The notes under the pieces: model-generated
Seen by the model: only the letters and a program-made list of their open reading frames with translations
Databases searched by the model: none
Told to the model about the DNA's origin: nothing
In this document: one piece after another, positions 18,703 to 28,206 of the stretch
Position numbering within the stretch: position 1 is the first letter of the stretch
How the letters are laid out: each line of letters begins with the position of its first letter
DNA from: Myxococcota bacterium
GTDB taxonomy: Bacteria > Myxococcota_A > UBA796 > CAJQPC01
Direction of reading: 5' to 3'
Length of the DNA stretch: 64,000 nt
NCBI GenBank assembly: GCA_036229005.1
Contig: JAZAMN010000024.1
Location: 128,001-192,000 of the forward strand
Program-made: the position numbers and the translations under genes

Positions 18703-19269
18703 GTGCGCCGTTCCCCCCTCGCCCTCGCCGTGATCCCCATGACCCTGCTCGCGCTGGCCTGCGGGGGAGGGGAGGAGGAGCTGACCGTGGAGCTCGACCC
18801 CGTCGCCTCCACCACCGAGCAACCGGCCACCCGCGGCATCAACGAGGATCCTCCCGCCGGCGAGGAGATCAGCAGGCAGGCCGGCACCCACTGCGGGGAG
18901 TTCGTCTACTTCAACTGCCCCGTGGCTGGCGGCAAGGTGCTCTCCGTCTGCGGCGAAGAGGGCGGCGTCATCTACCGCTTCGGCAAGATCGGCGAGCTGG
19001 AGAAGGAGTACCCCCCCGGCATGGAGCCCGGCGAATACCGCATCGAAGACGCCGGCACCATCCAGTCCCAGGGCACCGCCCTGGCCTTCGACGGCGACAC
19101 CCACAGCTTCAAGGTGGTCGAGCGCGTCGGCGCCGGTGGCCCCAACGGCGAGTTCAACAACTTCGCCGGGGTCGAGGTCTACAAGGCCGACGAGCTCATC
19201 AGCAGCATCCCCTGCACCGAGCCCCCCCACACCGAGTGGGAGCGCCTGCGGCAGGTCATCCCGGAGTAG
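18703..19269 (+). CDS. Hypothetical lipoprotein
   Basis: LLALAC lipobox; good codon bias; four Cys in the mature domain. Confidence 0.7.
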   Translation: MRRSPLALAVIPMTLLALACGGGEEELTVELDPVASTTEQPATRGINEDPPAGEEISRQAGTHCGEFVYFNCPVAGGKVLSVCGEEGGVIYRFGKIGELEKEYPPGMEPGEYRIEDAGTIQSQGTALAFDGDTHSFKVVERVGAGGPNGEFNNFAGVEVYKADELISSIPCTEPPHTEWERLRQVIPE

Positions 19270-19378
19270 GCCCAAGGGGAGGGGGGGATCCGGGCCCAGT
19301 CGCACCTCGCCTGCACCCCGGGTTCTCCCTGGCCCTTGGCCACCCTCAACGGGATATGGTGCAGTCGAGGACTGGCTG

Positions 19379-20044
19379 ATGCCCTGGATCCGCACAGCGC
19401 TGATGCTCGTGGCTCTGGCCTTCGGTCTGGGCTTCTCTCCGCAGGCTCTGGCCAGCGAAGCGCCCCCCATGCGCACCGTCGAGACGGTGGAGAGCGCGCC
19501 GCCCATCTACCTGTCCGGGCGGCACCTGAACCCGGACCTCCAGCTCCGCCTGACCCGCGAGCGCCCCTACCGCCCGGTCGCTGGAATGGCGCTTGGCCTG
19601 GGCCTGGGCCTCGCTGGCGGCGTCATCGGGGTCGGCATCGCGGCGCCCCTGCTGATCGTCGGCCTGCCGCTGGCCCTGGTCACTGGCACCGTCGGAGTCG
19701 CCAGCGGAGCGGCGCTGGGCGCCTGGCGCTTTGGCGGGGACGCCCCCTTCTGGTGGACCGCCGTGGGCGCGGGGCTGGGCATGGGGGTCGCCGCCTCGAT
19801 CCAGGTCGGCCTCATCCTGGCCGGGGTCGCCGCCGCGGTCACCGTGGTGGGCCTGCCCGTCGCGATCCTCTTGGCCGGTGGCGCCGTCGCCGTGGGCCTG
19901 ATCGCCATGCCGCTGGGGGCCAACATCGCGGCCCGCATCCACCAGAAGCGCCCCGTTCCCCGGGTGCTCTTCCGCGAGCCCACGCTGCTCTACGGCGACG
20001 CCCAGGCCGATGCCTTGACCTCTGCTGGATCCGAGGCTGGTTAG
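19379..20044 (+). CDS. Multi-pass membrane protein (paralog of 17891-18634)
   Basis: Signal peptide ALA-SEAPP; shares the RPY and APF motifs; hydrophobic helices. Confidence 0.7.
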   Translation: MPWIRTALMLVALAFGLGFSPQALASEAPPMRTVETVESAPPIYLSGRHLNPDLQLRLTRERPYRPVAGMALGLGLGLAGGVIGVGIAAPLLIVGLPLALVTGTVGVASGAALGAWRFGGDAPFWWTAVGAGLGMGVAASIQVGLILAGVAAAVTVVGLPVAILLAGGAVAVGLIAMPLGANIAARIHQKRPVPRVLFREPTLLYGDAQADALTSAGSEAG

Positions 20045-20063
20045 GGCCCCCCGCGGAGGCCCC

Positions 20064-21407
20064 ATGGACGACACCCGGTCCCTCATCGACGCCGACAAGC
20101 GCACGCTCTGGCACCCCTTCACCCAGCACAGCGCCTGGGAGCAGCACCAGCCCCTGGTCATCGCCGCGGCCGAGGGCGCTGAACTCATCGACAGCGACGG
20201 CGAGCGCTACCTGGACGGCGTCGCCTCCCTGTGGGTGGGCGTCCACGGACACCGGCACCCCAAGGTCGACCAGGCCGTGCGGGAGCAGCTCGATCGCGTG
20301 GCCCACACCACCCTGCTGGGCCTGGCCAACGTGCCCTCGGTGCGCCTGGCCGAAGCGCTGATCGCCAAGGCGCCGGGGCAGCTCTCGCGGGTGTTCTACA
20401 GCGACGCCGGCTCCACCGCGGTGGAGATCGCCCTCAAGATGGCCTTCCAGTGGCAGCAGCAGGCCGGGAACACCCAGCGCACGCGCTTCGCCCGCTTCGA
20501 CCACGCCTACCACGGGGACACCCTGGGGGCGGTGAGTGTGGGGGGGATCGACCTCTTCCACCAGGTCTATGGCCCACTGCTCTTCGACACGGTGGCCCTC
20601 CCCACGCCGCTGCACCCGGACCCCGCAGTCGAGGACACCCTGCTGCAGCAGGCGCTCGCCACTCTGGACGCCCACGGGGACACCCTGGCGGCCATCATCG
20701 TGGAGCCCCTGGTGCAGGGGGCCGCTGGCATGCGTATGCACTCGCCGGCCTACCTGGACGCCATCCTGCAGCGCGCCAAGGAGCTGGGCGCCCTGGTCAT
20801 CCTCGACGAGGTCGCCACGGGCTTCGGCCGCACCGGCACCCTCTTCGCCGCCGAGCAGCTCAGCGTGGCCCCCGACTTCCTGTGCCTGGGGAAGGGCCTG
20901 TCCAACGGCTACCTGCCCCTGGCCGCCACCCTGGCCACGGAGCGCGTGTTCCAGGGCTTCGTGGGGGAGCACCGGCACACCTTCTTCCACGGCCACACCT
21001 TCACCGGGAACCCCCTGGCCTGCGCCGCCGGGGTGGCCAGCCTGGCGCTCTTCGAGCAGGAGCGCACCCTGGAGCGCGTGCAGGCCCGGGCCGCCCAGCT
21101 CGCCCAGGGACTCCAGGCTCTGAGCGCCCGCCCGGAGGTCGCCCAGGTGCGGCAGCGCGGGCTGATGGTGGGGGTGGATCTGGTGTCGGCCTCCGGGGCG
21201 CCCTTCGACCCCGGACTCCGCATGGGGGCGCGGGTCTGCCAGGCCATGCGCAGCCAGGGCGTGATCCTGCGGCCGCTGGGGGACACCCTGGTGCTGATGC
21301 CGCCGCTGTGCATCTCGGCCGCCCAGATCGAGCAGCTCCTGGCCGCCGTGGAGTGGGGGCTCAACCAGCTCTCCGCCCTGTCCGATGGGGCAGGCGTCAG
21401 AGGATAG
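20064..21407 (+). CDS. bioA: Adenosylmethionine-8-amino-7-oxononanoate aminotransferase
   Basis: LWHPFTQ, GSTAVEIALKMA, YHGDTLGA, DEVATGFGRTG, LGKGLSNGYLP, HGHTFTGNP. Confidence 0.95.
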   Translation: MDDTRSLIDADKRTLWHPFTQHSAWEQHQPLVIAAAEGAELIDSDGERYLDGVASLWVGVHGHRHPKVDQAVREQLDRVAHTTLLGLANVPSVRLAEALIAKAPGQLSRVFYSDAGSTAVEIALKMAFQWQQQAGNTQRTRFARFDHAYHGDTLGAVSVGGIDLFHQVYGPLLFDTVALPTPLHPDPAVEDTLLQQALATLDAHGDTLAAIIVEPLVQGAAGMRMHSPAYLDAILQRAKELGALVILDEVATGFGRTGTLFAAEQLSVAPDFLCLGKGLSNGYLPLAATLATERVFQGFVGEHRHTFFHGHTFTGNPLACAAGVASLALFEQERTLERVQARAAQLAQGLQALSARPEVAQVRQRGLMVGVDLVSASGAPFDPGLRMGARVCQAMRSQGVILRPLGDTLVLMPPLCISAAQIEQLLAAVEWGLNQLSALSDGAGVRG

Positions 21408-21479
21408 ACAGCTTCCCTGTCTTGCCTTGATCCTTGCCTACGGGCTAGGGTCAGCCACCTGTTTCGGAGAGGAGGAGCG

Positions 21480-23162
21480 ATGCCTGTCGCGCTGCTGAGC
21501 ATTCTGGCCCTGGGTGGTGAAGCCCACGCCCAAGACGCGGACACCTTTGAGTTCGCCGGGAGCAACTTCGACCGCCGCGGTTCGCTGCAGCTCGCCCACC
21601 CCGTGCTGGGGGCCCCGGGCTCCTACTACGCCGGGCTCGGGCTGGTCTACGCCGACGACCCCCTGGTCATCCGCTACGACGACGGGACCGAGGAGTCGGT
21701 GGTCAGCCGCCAGTTCTCCACCCGCCTGGCCGGCGGCTACACCATCGGCGACTACGCCCGCGTGGACGTCAGCGTGCCCCTCTACCCCTCCGTCGTGGTC
21801 AACGACGAGGGCGGGTTCGCCTTCGGTGACATCAGCGTCGCCGCGCTGATCCCCGTCTGGTCCCAGGGCGACTCCGCCACCGGCTACAGCTTCGGCGTCA
21901 AGCCCAAGCTGCAGCTCCCCACCGGCAGCGCCGAGAAGTTCACCGGTCAGGGTGGCATCGGCGGCGGCCTCGTGCTGGCCTTCGGCGGCTACGCCAACCA
22001 GCTCAACTACCGCGTCAACGCCGGCATCGACCTCTCCAAGAAGGTCGAGCTGGACGACCTGGGCCTGGGCTCCAACATCGCCCTCGGCGCCGGCCTGGAC
22101 TACCGCCTCACCGAAGAGTGGCTGGTGGGCGCCGAGCTGACCTCGCTGGTGGACATCGCCGGCGGCACCGGCTGGAACGAGAACCCCGTCGAAGGCCACG
22201 TCTACGGCGGCTACTGGCACGACTCCGGCCTGACCACCCACCTGGGCCTGGGCACCGGCATCGTGGCCGGCGTTGGCGCGCCCGACTACCGCGTGGTCTG
22301 GGGCATCGGCTACCGCCTCCCCGACGTCTTCGACACCGACGGCGACGGCATCGTCGATGAGTCCGACCGCTGCGTCACCGAGCCCGAGGACCTGGACGGC
22401 TTCCAGGACACCGACGGCTGCCCCGACACCGACAACGACGGTGACGGCATCCTGGACGCCTCCGACGAGTGCCCCAACGACGCCGAGGACAAGGACGGCT
22501 TCGAGGACGAGAACGGCTGCCCCGATCCCGACAACGACGGCGACGGCATCCTGGACGGCAAGGACCAGTGCCCCAACGAGCCTGGCCCCGCCGCCACCGG
22601 TGGCTGCCCCGACACCGACGGTGACGGCCTGGCCGACGCCGAGGACGAGTGCCCCACCGAGCCCGGCCCCGCCGAGACCAAGGGCTGCCCCGACCGCGAC
22701 GGCGACCGCGTCCCCGACAAGCGCGATGAGTGCCCCGACGAGCCCATCCCGCCCCAGGCCGATCCCGCCCGCTCCAACGGCTGCCCCAGCCGCGTCATCG
22801 TGACGGCCGAGAAGATCGAGATCCTGGAGAAGGTGTACTTCAACACCAACAAGGCCACGATCAAGCCCGTGTCCTACTCCCTGCTGGACGACGTCGCCGC
22901 CGTGCTGATCGCCAACCCCGACCTCACCCTCATCGAGGTCGCCGGCCACACCGACAGCCAGGGCAAGGACTCCTACAACAAGGACCTCTCCCAGCGCCGC
23001 GCCGAGTCCGTGGTGGCCTACCTGGCCTCCAAGGGCGTGGACGAGAACCGCCTCAAGCCGGTCGGCTACGGCGAGGAGAAGCCCCAGGACACCAACGACA
23101 CCGCCGAGGGCCGGGCCAACAACCGCCGCGTCGAGTTCACCATCCTCGAGCGCGACGAGTAG
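21480..23162 (+). CDS. OmpA-family outer-membrane protein: beta-barrel + thrombospondin-3 repeats + OmpA C-terminal domain (TraB-like architecture)
   Basis: DxDGDGIxDxxDxCP repeats; AGHTD, NKDLSQRRAESV, GYGEEKP, NRRVEF. Confidence 0.9.
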   Translation: MPVALLSILALGGEAHAQDADTFEFAGSNFDRRGSLQLAHPVLGAPGSYYAGLGLVYADDPLVIRYDDGTEESVVSRQFSTRLAGGYTIGDYARVDVSVPLYPSVVVNDEGGFAFGDISVAALIPVWSQGDSATGYSFGVKPKLQLPTGSAEKFTGQGGIGGGLVLAFGGYANQLNYRVNAGIDLSKKVELDDLGLGSNIALGAGLDYRLTEEWLVGAELTSLVDIAGGTGWNENPVEGHVYGGYWHDSGLTTHLGLGTGIVAGVGAPDYRVVWGIGYRLPDVFDTDGDGIVDESDRCVTEPEDLDGFQDTDGCPDTDNDGDGILDASDECPNDAEDKDGFEDENGCPDPDNDGDGILDGKDQCPNEPGPAATGGCPDTDGDGLADAEDECPTEPGPAETKGCPDRDGDRVPDKRDECPDEPIPPQADPARSNGCPSRVIVTAEKIEILEKVYFNTNKATIKPVSYSLLDDVAAVLIANPDLTLIEVAGHTDSQGKDSYNKDLSQRRAESVVAYLASKGVDENRLKPVGYGEEKPQDTNDTAEGRANNRRVEFTILERDE

Positions 23163-23165
23163 CCC

Positions 23166-23801
23166 TTGGCGAGCTGGGTCACCTGGCTTGCCCCCCATCA
23201 ACCGGCCGTCGACCTGCGGGAGTCTCTCCCCAAGGTCGGCGGCCGTTTGGCGTTGCCGTGGGCGGATCTGCGGGTCTTGCGCGGCGGCCCCCTCTCCCCC
23301 GACGAGCTGGTCGAGGGCGCCCCCCACCGCCCCCTGCTGGACCTCTGGGTCCTGGAGCCCTGGGACCGCCGCGGCCGCTGGCTCAACCCCCAGGCCCACC
23401 AGCAGCTCATCGACGCCCCCATGGGCCCCGTCGCCCGCGGCGGCCACCCCTGGGACACCGAGATCCTGGCCCCCTCCGCCTCCCGACTCCTGGGCGCGGT
23501 GCTCGTGCTGGGCTTCTCGGATCACCCCGCGCTGGGCTACGCCGCCCTCTACCGCCAGGGTGGCCTCGACTGGTCCCTGGCTGTTCGCCGGGAGCACGAA
23601 CACACCTGGGTGTTCCGCAGTGATGGACGGGGCGTGCGAAAGCAACGACTCGCCGCTCCTCCCCCTGAAGGCGAGCCCCATGAGGTCCTGCAGAGGGGGC
23701 TGGAGAAGCTCCTGCGGATGCCCCTCTACCTGGCAGACCACCAGCAGTTCGTCCTGCCCGAGCTCCTGCAGGAGTGCATCGCCCAGGCGAGGACAGACTG
23801 A
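23166..23801 (+). CDS. Hypothetical protein
   Basis: ORF fills the gap between the OmpA gene and bioB; TTG start. Confidence 0.55.
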   Translation: MASWVTWLAPHQPAVDLRESLPKVGGRLALPWADLRVLRGGPLSPDELVEGAPHRPLLDLWVLEPWDRRGRWLNPQAHQQLIDAPMGPVARGGHPWDTEILAPSASRLLGAVLVLGFSDHPALGYAALYRQGGLDWSLAVRREHEHTWVFRSDGRGVRKQRLAAPPPEGEPHEVLQRGLEKLLRMPLYLADHQQFVLPELLQECIAQARTD

Positions 23802-23805
23802 GCCC

Positions 23806-23835
23806 TGTCAACCTTGTCGCGCGATCCGGTTGACG
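23806..23835. promoter_or_regulatory. BirA (biotin repressor) operator
   Basis: TGTCAACC-N14-GGTTGAC inverted repeat just upstream of bioB; fits the known TGTnAACC-N14-16-GGTTnACA BirA box. Confidence 0.8.
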
Positions 23836-23856
23836 CGTTAGCATCAGGGGCACTTC

Positions 23857-24906
23857 ATGGAGCCCCCAATGCACTTCGATGAGCTGGACTGGCAGGACAT
23901 CCTGCGGCGCGCCAAGGCCGGGATCGGCATCTCCGCGGACGAGGCCCAGGCCCTGGTGGAGCTGGACGACGAGTCCAAGCTGGAGCAGGTCATGGCCGTC
24001 ACCGACGCCATCCGCCTGCACTTCAAGCAGAACGAGGTCTACACCTGCGGCATCACCAACGCCAAGTCCGGCGCCTGCCCCGAGAAGTGCAACTTCTGCA
24101 GCCAGTCCGCGCACTTCAAGGCCGCCAAGTCGCCCGTCTACAAGCTCAAGGACGCCGAGACCATCGCCCAGGAGGCCCAGGCCGCCCAGGACGCCGGCGT
24201 GCGGGAGTTCTCCATCGTGACCCAGGGCCGCGCCCTGTCCCAGCGGCGCGAGATCGACGAGGTCAAGAAGGCCCTGAACCTCATCCGCGAGCGCACCGGG
24301 CTCCAGACCTGCGCCAGCGTCGGGCTCATCTCCAAGGAGCACCTGGCCGAGCTGCAGGAGGCCGGCATGGACGCCATGCATCACAACCTGGAGACCGCCC
24401 GCAGCTTCCACGGAAACATCGTGGAGACCCACAGCTACGACGACGAGGTCCAGGCCGTGAAGAACGCCAAGGAGCTGGGCATGTACGTCTGCTCCGGCGG
24501 CATCTTCGGCATGGGCGAGAACTGGGGCCACCGCGTCGAGCTCGCCGCCGACCTGCGGGAGCTGGACGTGGACTCCGTCCCCCTGAACTTCCTGAACGCG
24601 CGCCCCGGCACCCCCCTGGAGGGCCTGGACGAGCTGAGCCCCTTCGAGTGCCTCAAGACCATCGCGCTCTATCGCCTGATGCTGCCCACCAAGGACCTCA
24701 TCGTCTGCGGCGGCCGCCAGGTGCACCTGCAGGACCGCCAGTCCGAGCTCTTCCGCGCCGGCGCCAACGGGATCATGCTGGGCGACTACCTGACCACCAA
24801 GGGCGGTGAGCACGCCGGGGACCTGGATCTGCTGCGCGCCCAGGGCATGGTCGTGCGACCCCCTCCGCACACCCCCAACGCGCCCTCTCTGCCCCCCGCC
24901 AAGTAG
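23857..24906 (+). CDS. bioB: Biotin synthase (radical SAM)
   Basis: KSGACPEKCNFCSQS, HHNLETAR, VCSGGIFGMGE, VPLNFL, GDYLTT. Confidence 0.96.
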   Translation: MEPPMHFDELDWQDILRRAKAGIGISADEAQALVELDDESKLEQVMAVTDAIRLHFKQNEVYTCGITNAKSGACPEKCNFCSQSAHFKAAKSPVYKLKDAETIAQEAQAAQDAGVREFSIVTQGRALSQRREIDEVKKALNLIRERTGLQTCASVGLISKEHLAELQEAGMDAMHHNLETARSFHGNIVETHSYDDEVQAVKNAKELGMYVCSGGIFGMGENWGHRVELAADLRELDVDSVPLNFLNARPGTPLEGLDELSPFECLKTIALYRLMLPTKDLIVCGGRQVHLQDRQSELFRAGANGIMLGDYLTTKGGEHAGDLDLLRAQGMVVRPPPHTPNAPSLPPAK

Positions 24907-24916
24907 ACTGGCGCCC

Positions 24917-25996
24917 ATGCGGGCACGCTTCAAGAGGCTGGAGCAGCGGGTCGCCGAGGTGAAGGCCTCGGGGCTCAAGCGAGAGCTGCGTCCGCTGACC
25001 CCTACTGGCCCGACCACCGCCGAGCTCTCGGGGCGCAGCCTCGATGTCTTCTCCTCCAACGACTACCTGGGCCTGGCCTGGGAGCTGCGGCGTCACTGGC
25101 GCGGCCGCGGGGCCACCAGCTCCCGGCTGATCGCCGGCGACCGCAACGCCCACCACGCCCTGGAGGAGGCGCTCGAGGAGCTCTTCCACGGCGCCGCGCT
25201 GGTCTTCCCCTCCGGCTACCACGCCAACCTGGCGCTCATGTCCACCCTCTTCGAGCAGGGGGACGTGGTCGCCAGCGACAGCCTCAACCACGCCAGCATC
25301 ATCGACGGCCTGCGCCTGTCCAAGGCCCGCCGGGTGGTCGTCCCCCACGCCACCCCCGAGAAGCTCCCCGCGGACGCCACCGCCGTCGTGGTCGAGGGCC
25401 TCTACTCCATGGACGGCGACCAGCTCGCCCTGGAGGAGTACCAGCACCCCGACCGCTGGCTGGTGGTCGACGAGGCCCACGCCGTCGGCTGCGTCGGACC
25501 GCGGGGGCGGGGGGCCTCCTACGAGCAGGGCGTCGTCCCGGACGTGGTCGTCGGCACCCTGGGCAAGTCCTACGGGGCCGCGGGCGCCTTCATCATCGGC
25601 CCGCCGGAGCTCAAGGAGCTGCTGATCTCGAGGGGTCGCAGCTTCGTCTACACCACCGGGCTGGCTGAGGCCGCGGCCAGGGCCGCACTGGCAGGACTCG
25701 AGCGCGCAGACGAGGAGCGTCGATCCCTGCTCGCATCGCGCGTGCGGCGCTTCCGGGCCGGGCTCGCGGATCTCGGCCGCTTCCCCCCCGGAAAAGACCA
25801 CATCGTGCCCGTCGTCCTGGGCCCGGCCACCATGGCCGCCGCCCAGGCGCTGCTGGAGGCCGGCATCTACGTCCCCGGCATCCGCGCCCCCACCGTGGCC
25901 CCCGGCCAGGAGCGCCTGCGCTTCTCCTTGAGCGCCGCCCACAGCGACGAGCAGATCGACCGCTGCCTTTGCGCCATCGACCGGGTGCTGCGTTGA
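24917..25996 (+). CDS. bioF: 8-amino-7-oxononanoate synthase
   Basis: FSSNDYLGL, LNHASIIDG, YSMDGD, VDEAH, GTLGKSYG, IRAPTVAPG. Confidence 0.93.
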   Translation: MRARFKRLEQRVAEVKASGLKRELRPLTPTGPTTAELSGRSLDVFSSNDYLGLAWELRRHWRGRGATSSRLIAGDRNAHHALEEALEELFHGAALVFPSGYHANLALMSTLFEQGDVVASDSLNHASIIDGLRLSKARRVVVPHATPEKLPADATAVVVEGLYSMDGDQLALEEYQHPDRWLVVDEAHAVGCVGPRGRGASYEQGVVPDVVVGTLGKSYGAAGAFIIGPPELKELLISRGRSFVYTTGLAEAAARAALAGLERADEERRSLLASRVRRFRAGLADLGRFPPGKDHIVPVVLGPATMAAAQALLEAGIYVPGIRAPTVAPGQERLRFSLSAAHSDEQIDRCLCAIDRVLR

Positions 25997-26769
25997 TGTT
26001 GCCCCTGCTGGTCCTGCTGAGCTGCGTCGGCCTGCGTCAGGCGCGGGGCCCCGAGCCCCTGGAGATCCAGACCCCCATGGTCCTGGGTTGGCGCCTGATC
26101 CCCGGCGACCAGCTCGTCTACGACCTCTCCTCCACCTGGCGGGTGGGCGAGGCCGACACGGTGCAGCGCGTCGAGCGCTGGAGCTACCTGGTGCGGGACG
26201 TGGACCCCCAGGGCGTCGCGCGCCTGGAGGGCAGCCTGATCGCCATCGGCGTGGACCGCGTCCAAGGGGGCCGCCGCAGCGCTGACCCTGTCCTCGCTGA
26301 GGCCCTGGAGCAGGAGAAGGCGCGGCTCTCCCAGGATCAGGTGGTGGTGGAGATCGCCATGGACGGGCGCCTCGTCGACCTCCGCGGCCTCCCCTGGGCC
26401 GACTCCCTCACCCACCGCCTGCTCGCCCTCCAGCTCTCCGCCGACGCCGTGGACGCCAGCAGCGCGTGGCCTGATCCCGTGCTGGCCCGCCCCTACGCCG
26501 ACCTGCTCCCCGTCCCCCTGGACGTCGAGGTCAGCGGCGAGCAGCGCGTGCAGGGCCTCTACGAGCAGGGCGGCGGCCTGCGCCTGCGCATCGACGGCAG
26601 CGGCCAGGTCCGGGCCACCGAGGGCGGCCCCCAGATCCACCTCCAGACCCAGAGCTGGTGGGACCCCCAGGCCGGGCGCCTGGTCGAGCGCTCCCTGCAG
26701 GTGGAGATGGCCAACCTCAGCGTCGCCGATCCGGGGATCCTCCTGCTGGAGGCCCGCCTGACAGAGTAG
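25996..26769 (+). CDS. Hypothetical lipoprotein
   Basis: TGATG overlap with the bioF stop; MLPLLVLLSC lipobox. Confidence 0.65.
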   Translation: MLPLLVLLSCVGLRQARGPEPLEIQTPMVLGWRLIPGDQLVYDLSSTWRVGEADTVQRVERWSYLVRDVDPQGVARLEGSLIAIGVDRVQGGRRSADPVLAEALEQEKARLSQDQVVVEIAMDGRLVDLRGLPWADSLTHRLLALQLSADAVDASSAWPDPVLARPYADLLPVPLDVEVSGEQRVQGLYEQGGGLRLRIDGSGQVRATEGGPQIHLQTQSWWDPQAGRLVERSLQVEMANLSVADPGILLLEARLTE

Positions 26770-26778
26770 ATTCAGCCC

Positions 26779-28206
26779 ATGCTGCTTCTGCTCCTGGCCT
26801 GTGGCCCCAAGCTCGAACCCTTCCCGGAAGACTTCGCCTTCGGCACCGCGACGGCGGGCTTCCAGGTGGACCCCGGCTGCCCCTTGGTGGACCCCAGCGT
26901 CTGCGAGGACCAGCACTCCGACTGGTACCAGTGGGTCACCGAGCCCGGGCTGCAGGACGAGCCCGACACCTACCTCTCCGGCGATCCCCTCTCCATGGGG
27001 CCCGGTCACCACGAGCTCTACGCCGAGGACCTGGAGCGGGCCGCCACCATGGGCACGGTCTTCCGCTTCTCCTTTGAGTGGTCGCGGCTCTTCCCGGACG
27101 GCGCCGAGCAGGCCACCACCGTCGCCGAGCTGCGCGAGCTGGCCTCCCCCGAGGCCCTGGCCTGGTACCACGCCTACCTGGACGAGATGGCCGCCCAGGG
27201 CCTGACCCCCATGGCCACCGTCAACCACTACACCCTCCCGCTGTGGGTGCACGACGGCTACGCCTGCCACTTTGACCTTTCGACCTGCCCCGCCCGCGGC
27301 TGGGTGGACGGCGAGCGCATCATCCCGCTGATCACCCTCTACACCGCCTTCCTGGCCCAGGAGTACGGGGACCAGATCGACCTCTGGATCACCCTCAACG
27401 AGCCCGTCGCCGTGTTCATGAGCGGCTACATCTTCCCCTCCCAGGACCGCACGAACCCCCCCGGCATCGCCGACATGGCGGTGGGCCTGCAGGTCGCCCG
27501 GAACATGGCCCTCGCCCACGGCCAGATGGCCCAGGCCCTGCACAACAACGACCCGGACGCGCAGGTGGGCGTGGTCGTCAACCTCGGCGAGATCCGCCCC
27601 GCCGACCCCGAGCGCGAGCAGGACGTGCTGGCCGCCGAGCACATGCACTACCTCTACAACGAGCTGATCCCCGGGGCCTTCGTCACCGGCGCCATGGACA
27701 ACGACCTGGACGGCAGCACCGACGAGACCCTGGACGGGGTCGCCGGGAACACCGACTTCCTGGGGCTGAACTACTACTTCGCCTTCGAGGTCATCGGCCT
27801 GGGCCGCCCCGCCCCCGGCTTCGAGGACTACCCCCTGATGGACTTCTTCCCCGACACCCTGGACACCGACCCCCAGGGCATCGGGGCCGCGCTGGACATG
27901 ACCGCCGAGCTCGGCCTGCCCATCTGGATCACCGAGAACGGCGTCGCCGACCCCACCGACAGCGCCGGCCAGGACTTCCTGCTCCCCGCCCTGCGCGAGG
28001 TCCAGGCGCGCGCCGTCGAGCAGGACATCCGCGGTTACCTCTACTGGTCGCTGGTCGACAACTACGAGTGGAACCACGGAATGGACATGCGCTTTGGGCT
28101 CTACGCCGTCGACTCCGGCACCAAGGTCCGCACCCTGCGCCCCATCGGGGAGCGCTACCAGCAGATCGTCAGCGACCACGGGCTGCCCCGGGAGGAGGAG
28201 CAGTGA
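26779..28206 (+). CDS. Glycoside hydrolase family 1 lipoprotein
   Basis: FGTATAGFQ, FRFSFEWSRL, TLNEP (acid/base), ITENG (nucleophile), WSLVDNYEW; MLLLLLAC lipobox. Confidence 0.92.
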   Translation: MLLLLLACGPKLEPFPEDFAFGTATAGFQVDPGCPLVDPSVCEDQHSDWYQWVTEPGLQDEPDTYLSGDPLSMGPGHHELYAEDLERAATMGTVFRFSFEWSRLFPDGAEQATTVAELRELASPEALAWYHAYLDEMAAQGLTPMATVNHYTLPLWVHDGYACHFDLSTCPARGWVDGERIIPLITLYTAFLAQEYGDQIDLWITLNEPVAVFMSGYIFPSQDRTNPPGIADMAVGLQVARNMALAHGQMAQALHNNDPDAQVGVVVNLGEIRPADPEREQDVLAAEHMHYLYNELIPGAFVTGAMDNDLDGSTDETLDGVAGNTDFLGLNYYFAFEVIGLGRPAPGFEDYPLMDFFPDTLDTDPQGIGAALDMTAELGLPIWITENGVADPTDSAGQDFLLPALREVQARAVEQDIRGYLYWSLVDNYEWNHGMDMRFGLYAVDSGTKVRTLRPIGERYQQIVSDHGLPREEEQ

